64,000 nt of DNA. Source: Candidatus Binatia bacterium. Lineage in GTDB: Bacteria > Desulfobacterota > Binatia > UBA12015. Positions 46,500-56,531 of this stretch are shown here, piece after piece. The stretch is taken from assembly GCA_965658895.1 (NCBI GenBank), contig CBFHUR010000003.1:39981-103980 (forward strand), read 5' to 3'. Made by a program: the position numbers and the translations under genes. Within the stretch, counting starts at the first letter, position 1; every line of letters starts with the position of its first letter. The notes below the pieces were generated by a model. That model was not told the DNA's origin, did no database searches, and saw only the letters and a list, made by a program, of their open reading frames with translations.

Positions 46500-47894
46500 T
46501 CAGGCGAAAGGTTCGGAGGAGTCGTCGCCGGAACCGGCGGTGTCGATGGGGGCATCCCGCCGACCATCTTCTCCGAGGAGGTCGGCCACAAGATCGTATT
46601 CCGAGGCCTTGGTCACGATCGCACGCCGGACGTCGCCCGGTTGGGCCTCGCCATTGGCGAGGATGATCTGCCCATCGACGTCGGGTGCCTGGCCCCACCA
46701 TCGACCCTCGAGCAGCAGATCACTTTCTTCGCTCAATCCATCGACGAGGACTTCGAGTTCGGTGCCGACCTTTTGCTGGAGTCTTGCCGCGTTGAACTCG
46801 CGTTGACGCGTCAACAACTCTCGTTGGCGTTCTTCGACCACGTCATCGGGGATCAGATCTGTGCGTTCCCCCGCTCGAGTGCCTTCCTCATGCGAGTAGG
46901 CAAAGACGCCCAGATGGTCGGGTGCGGCATAGTCGAGGAAATCGCAGAGCTCGCGAAAATCGGCATCAGTTTCCCCCGGATGCCCCACCAGAAAAGTCGT
47001 TCGCAGGACGAGGTCGGGTAGTGCCCCGCGGAGCCGATCGACGGTATCTCGCAGGCGCTGGCCGCCGTGGCCTCGGCGCATCGAGCGCAGCATATCATTG
47101 CTGGCGTGCTGAAAGGGCATATCCACATACGGAAGCACTGTGGGGTGTTGGGCCATCAGCTCGAGCAGCGCCGGGTCGAGTTTTTCGGGGTAGAGGTAAT
47201 GGAGGCGCAGCCAATGCAGACCGGAGATATCAGCCAGCGCGCCCGCCAGCTCTGCCAGATCCGGACGTTCCTCGCGGTCGCGCCCATAGGCGATGGTGTC
47301 TTGCGAGATCAGGCAGATCTCCCGGACGCCGACATCGACCAGCGCGGTGGCTTCGCGCACCAGATCAGCGACCGGGCGAGATCGTTGCTTTCCGCGAAAA
47401 CCGGGAATCGCGCAGAAGCTGCAGCTGCGATTGCAGCCTTCCGCGATCTTCATGTAGGCGCTGTGTCCCATTTGTGTGAGGACACGGGGGTCTTCGGCAC
47501 GCATCGTGTAATCAGCCGGGTTCCCCACCAACATGCGCTCGGCATCCTGATCGAGAATCGGCCCGAGTTTCAGCATGTCGCTGGAACCGAGGAGGTGGTC
47601 GATCTCGGGAATTTCGTTGCCGACTTCTTCGGCGTAGCGTTGCGTCAGGCAGCCCGCCACGACCAGCTTTTCGCAGGCTCCCTCGGCTTTGAAGCGTGCC
47701 ATCTCAAGGATGGTATTGACGGATTCTTCCTTGGCGGGCCCGATAAAGCCGCAGGTATTGACGACGATCACTTCGGCCTCGAGAGGGTCGCTGGTGATCG
47801 CCAGACCTCGACGATCGGTCACGCCCAGCATGACTTCGGTGTCGACGCGATTTTTGGCGCAGCCCAGCGACACAAAATGAACCTTCCGCGGCAT
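46500..47894 (-). CDS. rimO: Ribosomal protein S12 methylthiotransferase
   Basis: SLGCAKNRVD, NTCGFI, AGCL, radical SAM motif EGCNRSCSFCAIP, TRAM-domain APDVDG. Confidence 0.95.
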   Translation of the reverse strand: MPRKVHFVSLGCAKNRVDTEVMLGVTDRRGLAITSDPLEAEVIVVNTCGFIGPAKEESVNTILEMARFKAEGACEKLVVAGCLTQRYAEEVGNEIPEIDHLLGSSDMLKLGPILDQDAERMLVGNPADYTMRAEDPRVLTQMGHSAYMKIAEGCNRSCSFCAIPGFRGKQRSRPVADLVREATALVDVGVREICLISQDTIAYGRDREERPDLAELAGALADISGLHWLRLHYLYPEKLDPALLELMAQHPTVLPYVDMPFQHASNDMLRSMRRGHGGQRLRDTVDRLRGALPDLVLRTTFLVGHPGETDADFRELCDFLDYAAPDHLGVFAYSHEEGTRAGERTDLIPDDVVEERQRELLTRQREFNAARLQQKVGTELEVLVDGLSEESDLLLEGRWWGQAPDVDGQIILANGEAQPGDVRRAIVTKASEYDLVADLLGEDGRRDAPIDTAGSGDDSSEPFA

Positions 47895-47910
47895 GCCGGG
47901 TATCCTAGCA
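47894..47910 (-). promoter_or_regulatory. Extended -10 promoter, probable leaderless rimO transcript
   Basis: TGC-TAGGAT-7 nt-ATG on the minus strand. Confidence 0.5.
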
Positions 47911-47986
47911 TCCATTCAGACGCTCCGCTTTCGGGGCCTTCGACCGGGGTTTGTCCTTGCGCGCCCGGATGCATAGGAGATGATCT

Positions 47987-50218
47987 ATGCCGACAGGTAT
48001 CCATGGAGGGCGAGCCATCAGTCACCAAGCGAGTCAAAGAGTGTTGCGTCGATTCTTGAGCCATAGTCTTTCCGGGGCATTGCTGGTGACGGGAGTCGTC
48101 GGTGTCATGGGCTGCTCGCCCGAGCCCGAACCGGCACCGCGGGTCGAGCAGGTGCGCGCTGCCCACCAGCAACGCCCCGAGCGCGAATGGCGCAGCTATC
48201 TCGGGGATCCCTCGCGAGATCATTTCTCGCCACTGCAACAGATTAACCGAGAGACGGTAGGTGATCTGGAGGTCGCCTGGATCTATGATGCCGGCGACGC
48301 GGATCCGGCCGGTGGGACGCAAATCCAGTTCAATCCGCTGGTGGTCGAGGGCGTTCTCTATGGTGCGTCCCCAACCCTGCGCTTCTTTGCCCTGAATGCG
48401 GCCACCGGAGAAGAGCTATGGAGTTTTGATCCGGGGACCGAGGTCGAAGTCTGGACCGCGACGCGCGGTGCGGTTTATTGGGCCGAGGGTGACGAGGAGC
48501 GACTCTTTTTCGGCGCCGGCCCCTACCTCTACGCACTTGATCCCGTGCGCGGCAGGCCGATCTCTTCCTTTGGCGAAAATGGTCGTCTCGATTTGCGTGA
48601 AGGCCTCGGCCGTGACGTTGGGGACGATATCATGGGCGTCGTTCTCACCACGCCGCCGGCCTTGTTCGAGGATCTCTTGATCGTGGGCGGCCGCGTGAAT
48701 GAAATGGAGGGAGCCGCGCCCGGCCATGTGCGCGCCTTCGACGTTCGCACAGGTGCTTTGGAGTGGATTTTTCATACGATCCCGCTCGCTGGAGAGTTTG
48801 GCGCGGATACCTGGCAGGCCGGTGCGGCCGAGACTGCCGGCGGGGCCAACGCATGGGCCGGGATGGCCGTCGATGAAGCACGTGGACTGGTCTTTGTGCC
48901 CACCGGCTCGGCGGCCGGTGATTTCTACGGAGGCGAGAGACCGGGCGACAACCTTTTTGCCAATTCCCTGGTTGCATTGGATGCGCGCGACGGCACGAGG
49001 CGTTGGCATCAGCAGATCGTGCATCACGATCTATGGGATCGGGATCTACCGTCGCCGCCGAACCTGATTACGTTGCGACGTGATGGCGTTCCTGTGCCCG
49101 CGGTGGCGCAGGTGACCAAGACCGGTGACACCTATGTCTTTCAGCGTGAAACCGGCGAGCCGTTGTTTCCGGTCGACGAACGCCCAGTCCCGGCAAGTAC
49201 GATCGAAGGCGAGATGGCGTCGACCACGCAGCCGCATCCTCGCTTGCCCGAGCCTTTTGTCCGTCAGGAATTCACGTTGGACGACGTGACGGATCGAAAC
49301 GAAGAGGTTGCTCTCGCGGTCCGCGAGAGTTTGGCCGGGCTGCGTTACGGGCCGCTTTTCGAGCCTCCCAGTCTGGAGGGTACGATTCAATATCCCGGTC
49401 TTGATGGTGGGGCCGAGTGGGGTGGTGCCGCCTGGGATGAGGAGAGCCAACTCCTTTTCGTGAATGCCAACCAGGTCCCGTGGATCGTCAAGATGGTCGC
49501 GGTGGAGAAGGGCTTCGACCCGTTCTCGGATCCGGCCGGGGGCTACACCCTCGCTTGTGCGGGTTGCCACGGAATGGACATGAAGGGCGATGGCGCGGGT
49601 ATTCCTTCGTTGCTCGATGTGACGGATCGACTCTCCTATCTGGAGATCTACCGGGTGATGCGCGACGGCCGAGGGCGGATGCCGGGATTCGGCGGGATGA
49701 CGGAATGGTGGGAGTTGGCCGGGCTCGCTGGCTATATCTATTTTGCCGACGAAACCGACGCGCCTTCCAAATGGGCCGCTGCCGGAGGTGAGCTGGAATA
49801 TATAAGTGCGGGGTATCAGCGCTTTCTGGACCCTGATTTTCTGCCGGCCTCACGCCCGCCCTGGGGAACGTTTTCTGCGATCGATCTGCAAACAGGCGCC
49901 TTGCGTTGGCAGGTGCCGCTGGGAGATTATCCCAAGGTTCTGGCCAGCGGAGATTCGGGTCTCGGTGCCGAAAACTACGGGGGGCCTGTGGCGACCGCAG
50001 GTGGCTTGTTGTTTCTTGCAGCGACCCCGGACAACAGAATGCGGGCCTTTGATCAGAGTAACGGCGAAATTCTCTGGGAGGCAGAATTGCCGGCTTCGGG
50101 ATTTGCGACCCCATCGACCTATGAGGTTGAAGGACGTCAGTTTGTCGTGATCGCGGCGGGCGGCGGGAAATTGGAGCAACCTTCGGGCAGTTCGTATATC
50201 GCCTTTGCCCTGCCCTAG
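47987..50218 (+). CDS. PQQ-dependent dehydrogenase (glucose/quinate/shikimate-like) lipoprotein with inserted cytochrome c domain
   Basis: FSPLQQIN...LEVAW, PQQ repeats, HHDLWDRD, GGAEWGG, CAGCH heme motif with RMP; lipobox-like VMGC; start uncertain. Confidence 0.88.
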   Translation: MPTGIHGGRAISHQASQRVLRRFLSHSLSGALLVTGVVGVMGCSPEPEPAPRVEQVRAAHQQRPEREWRSYLGDPSRDHFSPLQQINRETVGDLEVAWIYDAGDADPAGGTQIQFNPLVVEGVLYGASPTLRFFALNAATGEELWSFDPGTEVEVWTATRGAVYWAEGDEERLFFGAGPYLYALDPVRGRPISSFGENGRLDLREGLGRDVGDDIMGVVLTTPPALFEDLLIVGGRVNEMEGAAPGHVRAFDVRTGALEWIFHTIPLAGEFGADTWQAGAAETAGGANAWAGMAVDEARGLVFVPTGSAAGDFYGGERPGDNLFANSLVALDARDGTRRWHQQIVHHDLWDRDLPSPPNLITLRRDGVPVPAVAQVTKTGDTYVFQRETGEPLFPVDERPVPASTIEGEMASTTQPHPRLPEPFVRQEFTLDDVTDRNEEVALAVRESLAGLRYGPLFEPPSLEGTIQYPGLDGGAEWGGAAWDEESQLLFVNANQVPWIVKMVAVEKGFDPFSDPAGGYTLACAGCHGMDMKGDGAGIPSLLDVTDRLSYLEIYRVMRDGRGRMPGFGGMTEWWELAGLAGYIYFADETDAPSKWAAAGGELEYISAGYQRFLDPDFLPASRPPWGTFSAIDLQTGALRWQVPLGDYPKVLASGDSGLGAENYGGPVATAGGLLFLAATPDNRMRAFDQSNGEILWEAELPASGFATPSTYEVEGRQFVVIAAGGGKLEQPSGSSYIAFALP

Positions 50219-50763
50219 CCGAGGTCGTCGCCGGATTGTTCGCGCACCCGCCGAGCCAGTGCGAGATCCATTCGCTCGAAAGCCTCGAAGGTGTAGCGTT
50301 TCGATTCGCTATTTTTCATTCGATGCGCCAACCAGCCGCGAAATTCTTCGGTCTGGATCAACTCGATGACGCCATCGCCGACTTCCTCGAAGCGAAACCG
50401 ATGATCGGTTTCCAGAAATCCCCGTGTAAGGACACTGCCGTGCCAATGTAGCTCCGCGGGCGCCGTGGCGGTAATGACCTCGGGGCGTACCACGATGGGC
50501 CGTTTCCAATTTTCCTGCACAATGGTGACGCGCAGGGTTTCCCCGGGGCGCAGTTCACCCTCCATTTTTTTGACGTAGGGATTCCATTGGTCGAAGAGAT
50601 CGGCGCGCGTCAAAGCTGCCCATGCAGTTTCGCGGGTCCCCGGGAACTGAATACGATGTTCCACCACGAATACGGCGGCTTCGCCCAGATAGGACCGGAA
50701 AAAAAGGATGCCACCACCCGTGGCGCCGGCGATCAGCAGGGCAATCCAGAGCCAGTTCTGCAT
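50215..50763 (-). CDS. SRPBCC / polyketide-cyclase-like protein with N-terminal TM
   Basis: AWAALT...WNPY, ELHWHG, HRFRFE, QTEEFRG; AGGAGG RBS. Confidence 0.8.
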   Translation of the reverse strand: MQNWLWIALLIAGATGGGILFFRSYLGEAAVFVVEHRIQFPGTRETAWAALTRADLFDQWNPYVKKMEGELRPGETLRVTIVQENWKRPIVVRPEVITATAPAELHWHGSVLTRGFLETDHRFRFEEVGDGVIELIQTEEFRGWLAHRMKNSESKRYTFEAFERMDLALARRVREQSGDDLG

Positions 50764-50895
50764 GGCGCACCTCCTTCCGATCGTAAATTGTGGAGACTTC
50801 GTTTCCGCTTCCGACCGCTTTGTCCTATTCCCATACCCACGGAGTTGACGGATTGATATGCTCCCGTCAACGATCGTTGGGGAAGGAAGTCTTTC

Positions 50896-51771
50896 ATGTT
50901 GTGGTCTCGGGTTATCGGAAGTGTTTGTCTGCTCGGAGTTTCGCTCTTTCTGGCAGGGGGCTGCTCCGGCCTGCGCGTCTTTTTTCCGTCTAAAACCTAT
51001 GAGACCACGGCTCCCGAGGTCCCCGAGACGTTGCAGAAGCCCGCGGTGCTGCTGTTTTCAAAGACCAATGGTTTTCGACATGAAGAGGCGATTCCGGCCG
51101 CCAACGCCTTGCTGACCCGACTCGCCGAGCAGCGCGGTTGGGGTGTCTTTGCCACCGAGAACGGCGCGATCTTCAATGCGGAGGATCTATCGCGGTTCAA
51201 GGTCGTTGTGTGGAACAACACCAGCGGGGATACGCTCAACGCCGAGCAGAAAAAAGATTGGCAAACCTGGCTGCAGGCAGGTGGTGGCGCGCTGGCCATT
51301 CATGGAGCCGGCGGAGACCCCTCGTATGATTGGGATTGGCACCCCGAAAGTTTTATTCGCGCCCAATTTACCATGCATACCATGGGCCCTCAGTTTCAGA
51401 ATGCGACGGCCGTCGTCGAGAATCCGAATCATCCTGCAACCCGAAATTTGCCGGCCAGCTGGACGCATGAAGAAGAGTGGTATTCTTTCGAAGAGAGTCC
51501 GCGCGGGACGGATGTAGATGTCCTCGTGCGGGTCGATGAGGCAACTTATGATCCTACCTTCAGCCTCTTCTGGATGGATACCGATATCGCGATGGGCGAC
51601 CATCCCGTCGTCTGGAGTCATTGCGAAGGCCGGGGTCGGGTTTTCTACTCCGCTCTGGGTCATCAGGCCGCGGCCTACGAAACGCCCGAGATGACCGCAC
51701 TGCTTGGCGGCGCTCTGGACTGGGCGGCCGATCCGGATCTGGCGGATTGTCGCGAGAGGGCAGTCCGATGA
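50896..51771 (+). CDS. ThuA-like (class I GATase-fold) lipoprotein
   Basis: LFSKTNGFRH, NNTSGD, AIHGAG, EEWYSF, DHPVVW, FYSALGH; lipobox AGGC. Confidence 0.87.
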   Translation: MLWSRVIGSVCLLGVSLFLAGGCSGLRVFFPSKTYETTAPEVPETLQKPAVLLFSKTNGFRHEEAIPAANALLTRLAEQRGWGVFATENGAIFNAEDLSRFKVVVWNNTSGDTLNAEQKKDWQTWLQAGGGALAIHGAGGDPSYDWDWHPESFIRAQFTMHTMGPQFQNATAVVENPNHPATRNLPASWTHEEEWYSFEESPRGTDVDVLVRVDEATYDPTFSLFWMDTDIAMGDHPVVWSHCEGRGRVFYSALGHQAAAYETPEMTALLGGALDWAADPDLADCRERAVR

Positions 51772-52823
51772 GTTCCATGGATCTCCCGCAAGCGCCCGAG
51801 GAGATTACAGCCGCGTGGCTGACCGAAATTTTATCGGCGACTTATCCCGACGCGCGGGCCCGTGAAGTCGAACTTGTCGACGCCCATAGCGGCACGACGG
51901 GTCGAGCTCGCATCCGTGTGGCCTGGGAGGGAGACGCGCCGGCGGAAGCCTTGTTCGTGAAGCTTCCACCCACCAACGAAATTTCTCGGCAGATGGTGCT
52001 TTCGACGGGGATGGGTCGACGTGAGGCACGGTTCTATCAGCACGTCGCCGCCGAAGTGCCCGTGCGCGTGCCGCGGCCCCTATGGTCGGCTTCCAATGAA
52101 GAGGGATCGTCGTATTTCATGTTGCTCGAAGACCTCGAGGCCGCCGGCTGTATCTTTCCGTCCGCGGACGACCCCGGGTTGCTCTCGCTGACCGAATCGC
52201 TGATGGTCGCGCTGGGGCGGCTTCATGGGTCCTATGCAATCTCGCCGGACCAGCCCGCACGAATCGAGGGTATCGAACCGCCGATGAAAAACGATTGGGG
52301 CAAGATTCTGGTCGAATCGGCGCTGACGCAATTCGAAGCCGAGATGCCGCCGGAGTTCTCCCGACTGGGAAGGTTATATCTGGAGGAAAACGAAGGCTTT
52401 CAAGATCTTCTGGAAAGTGGCCCCTCGACCTTGATCCATGGCGACCCGCACATCGGGAATCTTTTTCTCGAAGGTTCAACGGTCGGCTTTCTGGATTGGG
52501 CCTGCACGGCGGTGGGCGTCGGCATGCGGGACGTAGCCTACTTCCTTTGTAATTCGACACCGCCGGACTTCAGGCGGGAACACCAAAGTCGCTTGTTGGG
52601 GATGTACCGGGAAAGCCTTGAGGCCGCGGGGACGACAGCCGATCCGGCAGAGATGGAAGAGGATTATCGACGTTTTTCTGCCTATGCGTGGATTGCGGCG
52701 GTGACGACTCTCGCCGCTGGTGATCGTATGCAGAGTCTGGAAATTGGACGCGCAGCAACCGAACGTGCGAATCAGGCGATTCGCGATCTGAGCACGTTCG
52801 AATATTTTCGCGAACGACTTTAG
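51768..52823 (+). CDS. APH/choline/ecdysteroid-kinase-like phosphotransferase
   Basis: LFVK, REARFY, LLEDL, HGDPHIGN, LDW, DVAYFL. Confidence 0.85.
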   Translation: MSSMDLPQAPEEITAAWLTEILSATYPDARAREVELVDAHSGTTGRARIRVAWEGDAPAEALFVKLPPTNEISRQMVLSTGMGRREARFYQHVAAEVPVRVPRPLWSASNEEGSSYFMLLEDLEAAGCIFPSADDPGLLSLTESLMVALGRLHGSYAISPDQPARIEGIEPPMKNDWGKILVESALTQFEAEMPPEFSRLGRLYLEENEGFQDLLESGPSTLIHGDPHIGNLFLEGSTVGFLDWACTAVGVGMRDVAYFLCNSTPPDFRREHQSRLLGMYRESLEAAGTTADPAEMEEDYRRFSAYAWIAAVTTLAAGDRMQSLEIGRAATERANQAIRDLSTFEYFRERL

Positions 52824-54211
52824 GCGGCGGGCTTGCCGGCCATGCGCGTGCAGGCAAGCAGGGTCAAAAGGGTCATCGCGAGCATGCAGATATTGATGTT
52901 GTAGAGGCTTGCGGCAAGCGGTTGAGCAGCGGCCTCTCCGAGGGCGAGGATGGCCCCGGCGACGCCGGTGCCGAGGGCGATGCCCAGATTCATCGCGATT
53001 TGCAGCGAGGCAGAAGCACTCCCCTCCTGCCCCTCGGGGGCCTCTTCGAGAATGCTCAGGCTGGCGGTGGAGTTGGCTACACCCATGCCCAGCGCCGCTA
53101 CGGCCCATGCGGCGTAGACAAACCCGGAGGGCATTTCGGGCGAAAGGCTGAGGTAGGTGGCGCCGATGCCCACGCCGACCAGGCCGATGCCGGTGGCTGA
53201 CATCGCGCGCCGGCTTCGCCGTGGCGCTTCTCTTGCCTGGACCCAGGCGCCGGCGGTCCAGAAAACCGACCCCACACTCAAGGGGAGTCCCGCCTGGGTC
53301 GGCGAGAGGCCCTGAAGCTTGGTCAAGCCAAGCGGTACGAAGGCCTCGGCTCCGAAAAAGATGAACCCGATGCCAGCCAGAACCAGAGTCGCAGCGGGTA
53401 GGCCGTGGCGGGCAACCAGCGTCCCGGCAGGGAGCAGGCGCCGGAGAGCGGCGACCATCAAGACCAGTCCAGCCACAATCGCGAGCCCCCGAGGCCACTG
53501 CGTGGGCTTGTCGAGTCCGACCAGCAGCATCGAGGTGCCTCCAACCAGCAACAGGGCCATGCGGAAGCGCTCGGTGCCTTCGGATTTCTCCTCGATCGGG
53601 CCTGCAGGTGGGCCGAGTTGGCGGAGTCCGGGAAGCGCAATCCAGGCCCCCGCGAGCGTTGCCGGGGCGAGTGCAAAGAATACCCAACGCCAGCCGAATA
53701 CCTCGGTGATCCAACCGGCGACGGATGGCCCCAGCAGGCCGGGAATTACCCACGCCGAGGATAAAGCCGCCAGCATTTTGGGACGTACTTGCGCGCTATA
53801 GCCCCGACCGATCGCGGCAAAGGCGACCGCACCAAGCGCACCGGCACCGAGGCCTTGCACGCCGCGTGCCGCAACCAGCAGAGGCATCGAGGGGGCAAAA
53901 CCGCCGGCGATCAAGCCTGCGGCAAAGACCAGCCCGCCGATGGCGAAGGGAAGCGACAACCCGTGGCGGTCGGCAATATGCCCACCGATGGTGATGCCGA
54001 TGAGGTTGGCCAACATGAACCCGCTGAAAGTCCAACCGTAGATGGACAAGCCGCCGATTTCATCGACGACGGTCGGCAGGATGGTCGCGATTGCCAGCGC
54101 CTCGAAGGCGATGAAGATCACGGCCAGAAGCAGCCCCGCGGTCAGAGCCCGTTGGCCCTTGTGCCAGAGTCCCTTGTCCTCCGGTTCGGAATCGTTGGGG
54201 GCCGTCGCCAT
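52820..54211 (-). CDS. MFS transporter (14-TM drug:H+ antiporter-like)
   Basis: AFEALAIATILP, GHIADRHG, RGVQGLGAG, GWRWVF. Confidence 0.9.
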   Translation of the reverse strand: MATAPNDSEPEDKGLWHKGQRALTAGLLLAVIFIAFEALAIATILPTVVDEIGGLSIYGWTFSGFMLANLIGITIGGHIADRHGLSLPFAIGGLVFAAGLIAGGFAPSMPLLVAARGVQGLGAGALGAVAFAAIGRGYSAQVRPKMLAALSSAWVIPGLLGPSVAGWITEVFGWRWVFFALAPATLAGAWIALPGLRQLGPPAGPIEEKSEGTERFRMALLLVGGTSMLLVGLDKPTQWPRGLAIVAGLVLMVAALRRLLPAGTLVARHGLPAATLVLAGIGFIFFGAEAFVPLGLTKLQGLSPTQAGLPLSVGSVFWTAGAWVQAREAPRRSRRAMSATGIGLVGVGIGATYLSLSPEMPSGFVYAAWAVAALGMGVANSTASLSILEEAPEGQEGSASASLQIAMNLGIALGTGVAGAILALGEAAAQPLAASLYNINICMLAMTLLTLLACTRMAGKPAA

Positions 54212-54333
54212 CAACACTTTGTGTCATAAAGTTCCGTGACAAACGATCCGGCATGCAGGGGCTTGCTCGGCCACAGTTCTCCCGGCGCACCGCTCACTTG
54301 CAGCAGGTACCCTTGAGGCGCCATACAGAGGTG

Positions 54334-55254
54334 ATGCTAGAGACTCTGACCCGACTTTTTCCGGTGTGGGTACTGATTGCCGGATTTGCGGCGATTCTGG
54401 AACCCGAGATTTTCACCTGGTTCTCCGGACCCTTCATTGTGTGGGGTTTGGCTGTGATCATGTTGGGGATGGGCCTCACCTTGCGTTTTGAAGATTTTCG
54501 CGAGGTTCTGCAGATGCCGCGGCCGATCCTTTTGGGCGTTTTCTGCCAATTCCTGATTATGCCCGCGCTTGCCTGGGCCATTGGCGTGGCCATGGATCTG
54601 CCGACGCCCTTCGCCGTGGGCCTGATTCTGGTGGGCTGTGCTCCCGGAGGGACAGCCTCGAACGTGGTGACCTATATCGCTCAGGCGAGTCTGCCATTGT
54701 CGGTGCTGATGACCATGTGCTCCACGTTGGCGGCGGTGGTGCTGACGCCGGTCCTGACCAGCACCTACGTCGGCACGATGGTTCCGGTGGATGGGTTCGG
54801 GCTGTTTCTCAGTACGGTGCAGGTCGTCCTGCTTCCCGTGACTCTCGGAATTCTGCTGAACCAATTTGCTCCGAAATTGGTGGGGTGGGTGCAGCCAGTG
54901 GCTCCATTGGTTGCGGTATTGGCGATTGTGATGATCTGCGCGAGCATTATCGGCCAGCGGGCCGATGAAATCGTCGAGGCGGCCGGCAGTTTGTTGGTCG
55001 CTGTCGGCCTTTTGCATCTCGGAGGATTTTTTCTTGGATACTTCTTGCCCTGGCTGTTTGGGTACGCTGATCCGATTCGGCGGACGGTGTCCATTGAAGT
55101 GGGGATGCAGAATTCAGGTCTCGCGGTAGTTCTCGCCAACCAGCACTTTGCCAATCCCCTGACGGCAGTCCCCGGGGCGATCTCGGCGGTGACTCACTCG
55201 GTGATCGGAAGTATCTTTGCCGCCCTTTGGCGGCGTGCGTCGAGGGGAAACTAG
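54334..55254 (+). CDS. Bile acid:sodium symporter (BASS) family transporter
   Basis: MLGMGLTL, QFLIMP, GCAPGGTASNV, SIEVGMQNSGLA. Confidence 0.93.
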   Translation: MLETLTRLFPVWVLIAGFAAILEPEIFTWFSGPFIVWGLAVIMLGMGLTLRFEDFREVLQMPRPILLGVFCQFLIMPALAWAIGVAMDLPTPFAVGLILVGCAPGGTASNVVTYIAQASLPLSVLMTMCSTLAAVVLTPVLTSTYVGTMVPVDGFGLFLSTVQVVLLPVTLGILLNQFAPKLVGWVQPVAPLVAVLAIVMICASIIGQRADEIVEAAGSLLVAVGLLHLGGFFLGYFLPWLFGYADPIRRTVSIEVGMQNSGLAVVLANQHFANPLTAVPGAISAVTHSVIGSIFAALWRRASRGN

Positions 55255-55371
55255 GCACCGATCCTGCCTGTCGACTGCAAAAAAGCCTCGGTGTGATGCG
55301 CCGAGACTTTTACGTTTCCGAGAATTCGTCTTCCCGCGAGTCGGGAGTCCGTCCCGGGCCTGAGTGGAAAC

Positions 55372-55746
55372 TCAGGAGGGGTCGGCGCGCGAGCCTTTCA
55401 GCAAGACGGCGTGAGTACTGTCGCAGTCGTTTCGGCACGAGAGCTTGTCGCCCGATGCCAACCGCAGCGCCGGCTGGAGGCGAATACATTCCCGAGAGGG
55501 ACGCGCGAAGCTTGTTTCCTGTAATCTGGCGGTGGAGCAGCGCACGCAATCCTCGGCACAGAGTTTTTCGATCCACAGGGGGCCGTTGGCGGGTGCCGAG
55601 ATCGCCGTAGCGGTTTTCTGCGCATCGATAATGACGGTTTCGTCAATCACGTTCTCGAAGCCGCTGCCGTGGATCCACGCGGGCAGGCCGATCGCGATGA
55701 AAGGAATGCAAATCAGGGATAAGTCGACGAGCCTCGATTTCCACAT
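55372..55746 (-). CDS. Hypothetical small Cys-rich protein with N-terminal hydrophobic anchor
   Basis: Best-looking ORF in the gap; purine-rich GAGAGGA upstream; TM LSLICIPFIAIGLPAWI; six downstream Cys. Confidence 0.4.
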   Translation of the reverse strand: MWKSRLVDLSLICIPFIAIGLPAWIHGSGFENVIDETVIIDAQKTATAISAPANGPLWIEKLCAEDCVRCSTARLQETSFARPSRECIRLQPALRLASGDKLSCRNDCDSTHAVLLKGSRADPS

Positions 55747-56020
55747 CTTCTTCCGATTCCTCTCATTGGAGCCCAGGGGGGGGAGAACGCGAGGGCGAGA
55801 GGCAAATGGGGGAGGGAGTTTGCTGCATCGATCCTGGGGGGGACCGCCCGGCATCAGCCGGGCCTGCGGAAAACTCCAAGATTTACTTTCTCGCCCTCGC
55901 GCCTTGGGAGGGCTTGAGAAAGTTGTCGGCCGATTTGCTCGTTCAGGTTAGGCCTTTGTGATTCTCCCAAGCGGACTCCATGCGCCTTGAGGGGAGAAAC
56001 ACCATAGAATTCGGTGCCTT

Positions 56021-56473
56021 TCAGACGATCTGGGTTTTCATCATCGCATTGCGCCGGGCGACGCAGACAATTTCGTCTCGTTGGTTTGTGCCGGTGTGCT
56101 CAAAGAGGACGATGCCCCGATCCGGGCGTGACCTCGAAACCCGGGCCTCCACCACCGTGGTGCTGGCGGTGATCGTATCCCCGATGAAAACCGGGTTGGG
56201 GAAATCAATTTTTTCGAAACCGAGGTTGCCAATCGTCGTGCCGAGAGTGGTTTCGGAAACCGAGAGGCCAACGATCAGCGACAGCGTAAACATGCTGTTG
56301 ACCAGAATTTGGCCGAATTGCGTTGTCCCGGCGAATTCGGCATCGAGGTGAAGGGGTTGCACGTTCATGGTCAACGTGGTGATCAGCAGGTTGTCGGTCT
56401 CGGTGACGGTGCGACTTGGTTGATGGGTAAATGTCGTGCCCGGGGGCAGTTCCTCGAAGTATTTTCCCGCCAT
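56021..56473 (-). CDS. MaoC-family (hot-dog) dehydratase
   Basis: GKYFEE, RTVTETDN, QPLHLD, PVFIGDT, NQRDEIV. Confidence 0.9.
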   Translation of the reverse strand: MAGKYFEELPPGTTFTHQPSRTVTETDNLLITTLTMNVQPLHLDAEFAGTTQFGQILVNSMFTLSLIVGLSVSETTLGTTIGNLGFEKIDFPNPVFIGDTITASTTVVEARVSRSRPDRGIVLFEHTGTNQRDEIVCVARRNAMMKTQIV

Positions 56474-56531
56474 CGTTTTGGGGTATCATTGAGACCGGGG
56501 CTTTGCCCAGAGCCGGAAATCGATCTTTCAC

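Noticed and set aside
49020-49050. WDRD as a lanthanide-binding D-x-D signature in the PQQ enzyme
   Set aside because: HHDLWDxD is also standard in Ca/Mg-dependent glucose/quinate-type PQQ dehydrogenases, so it is not diagnostic.
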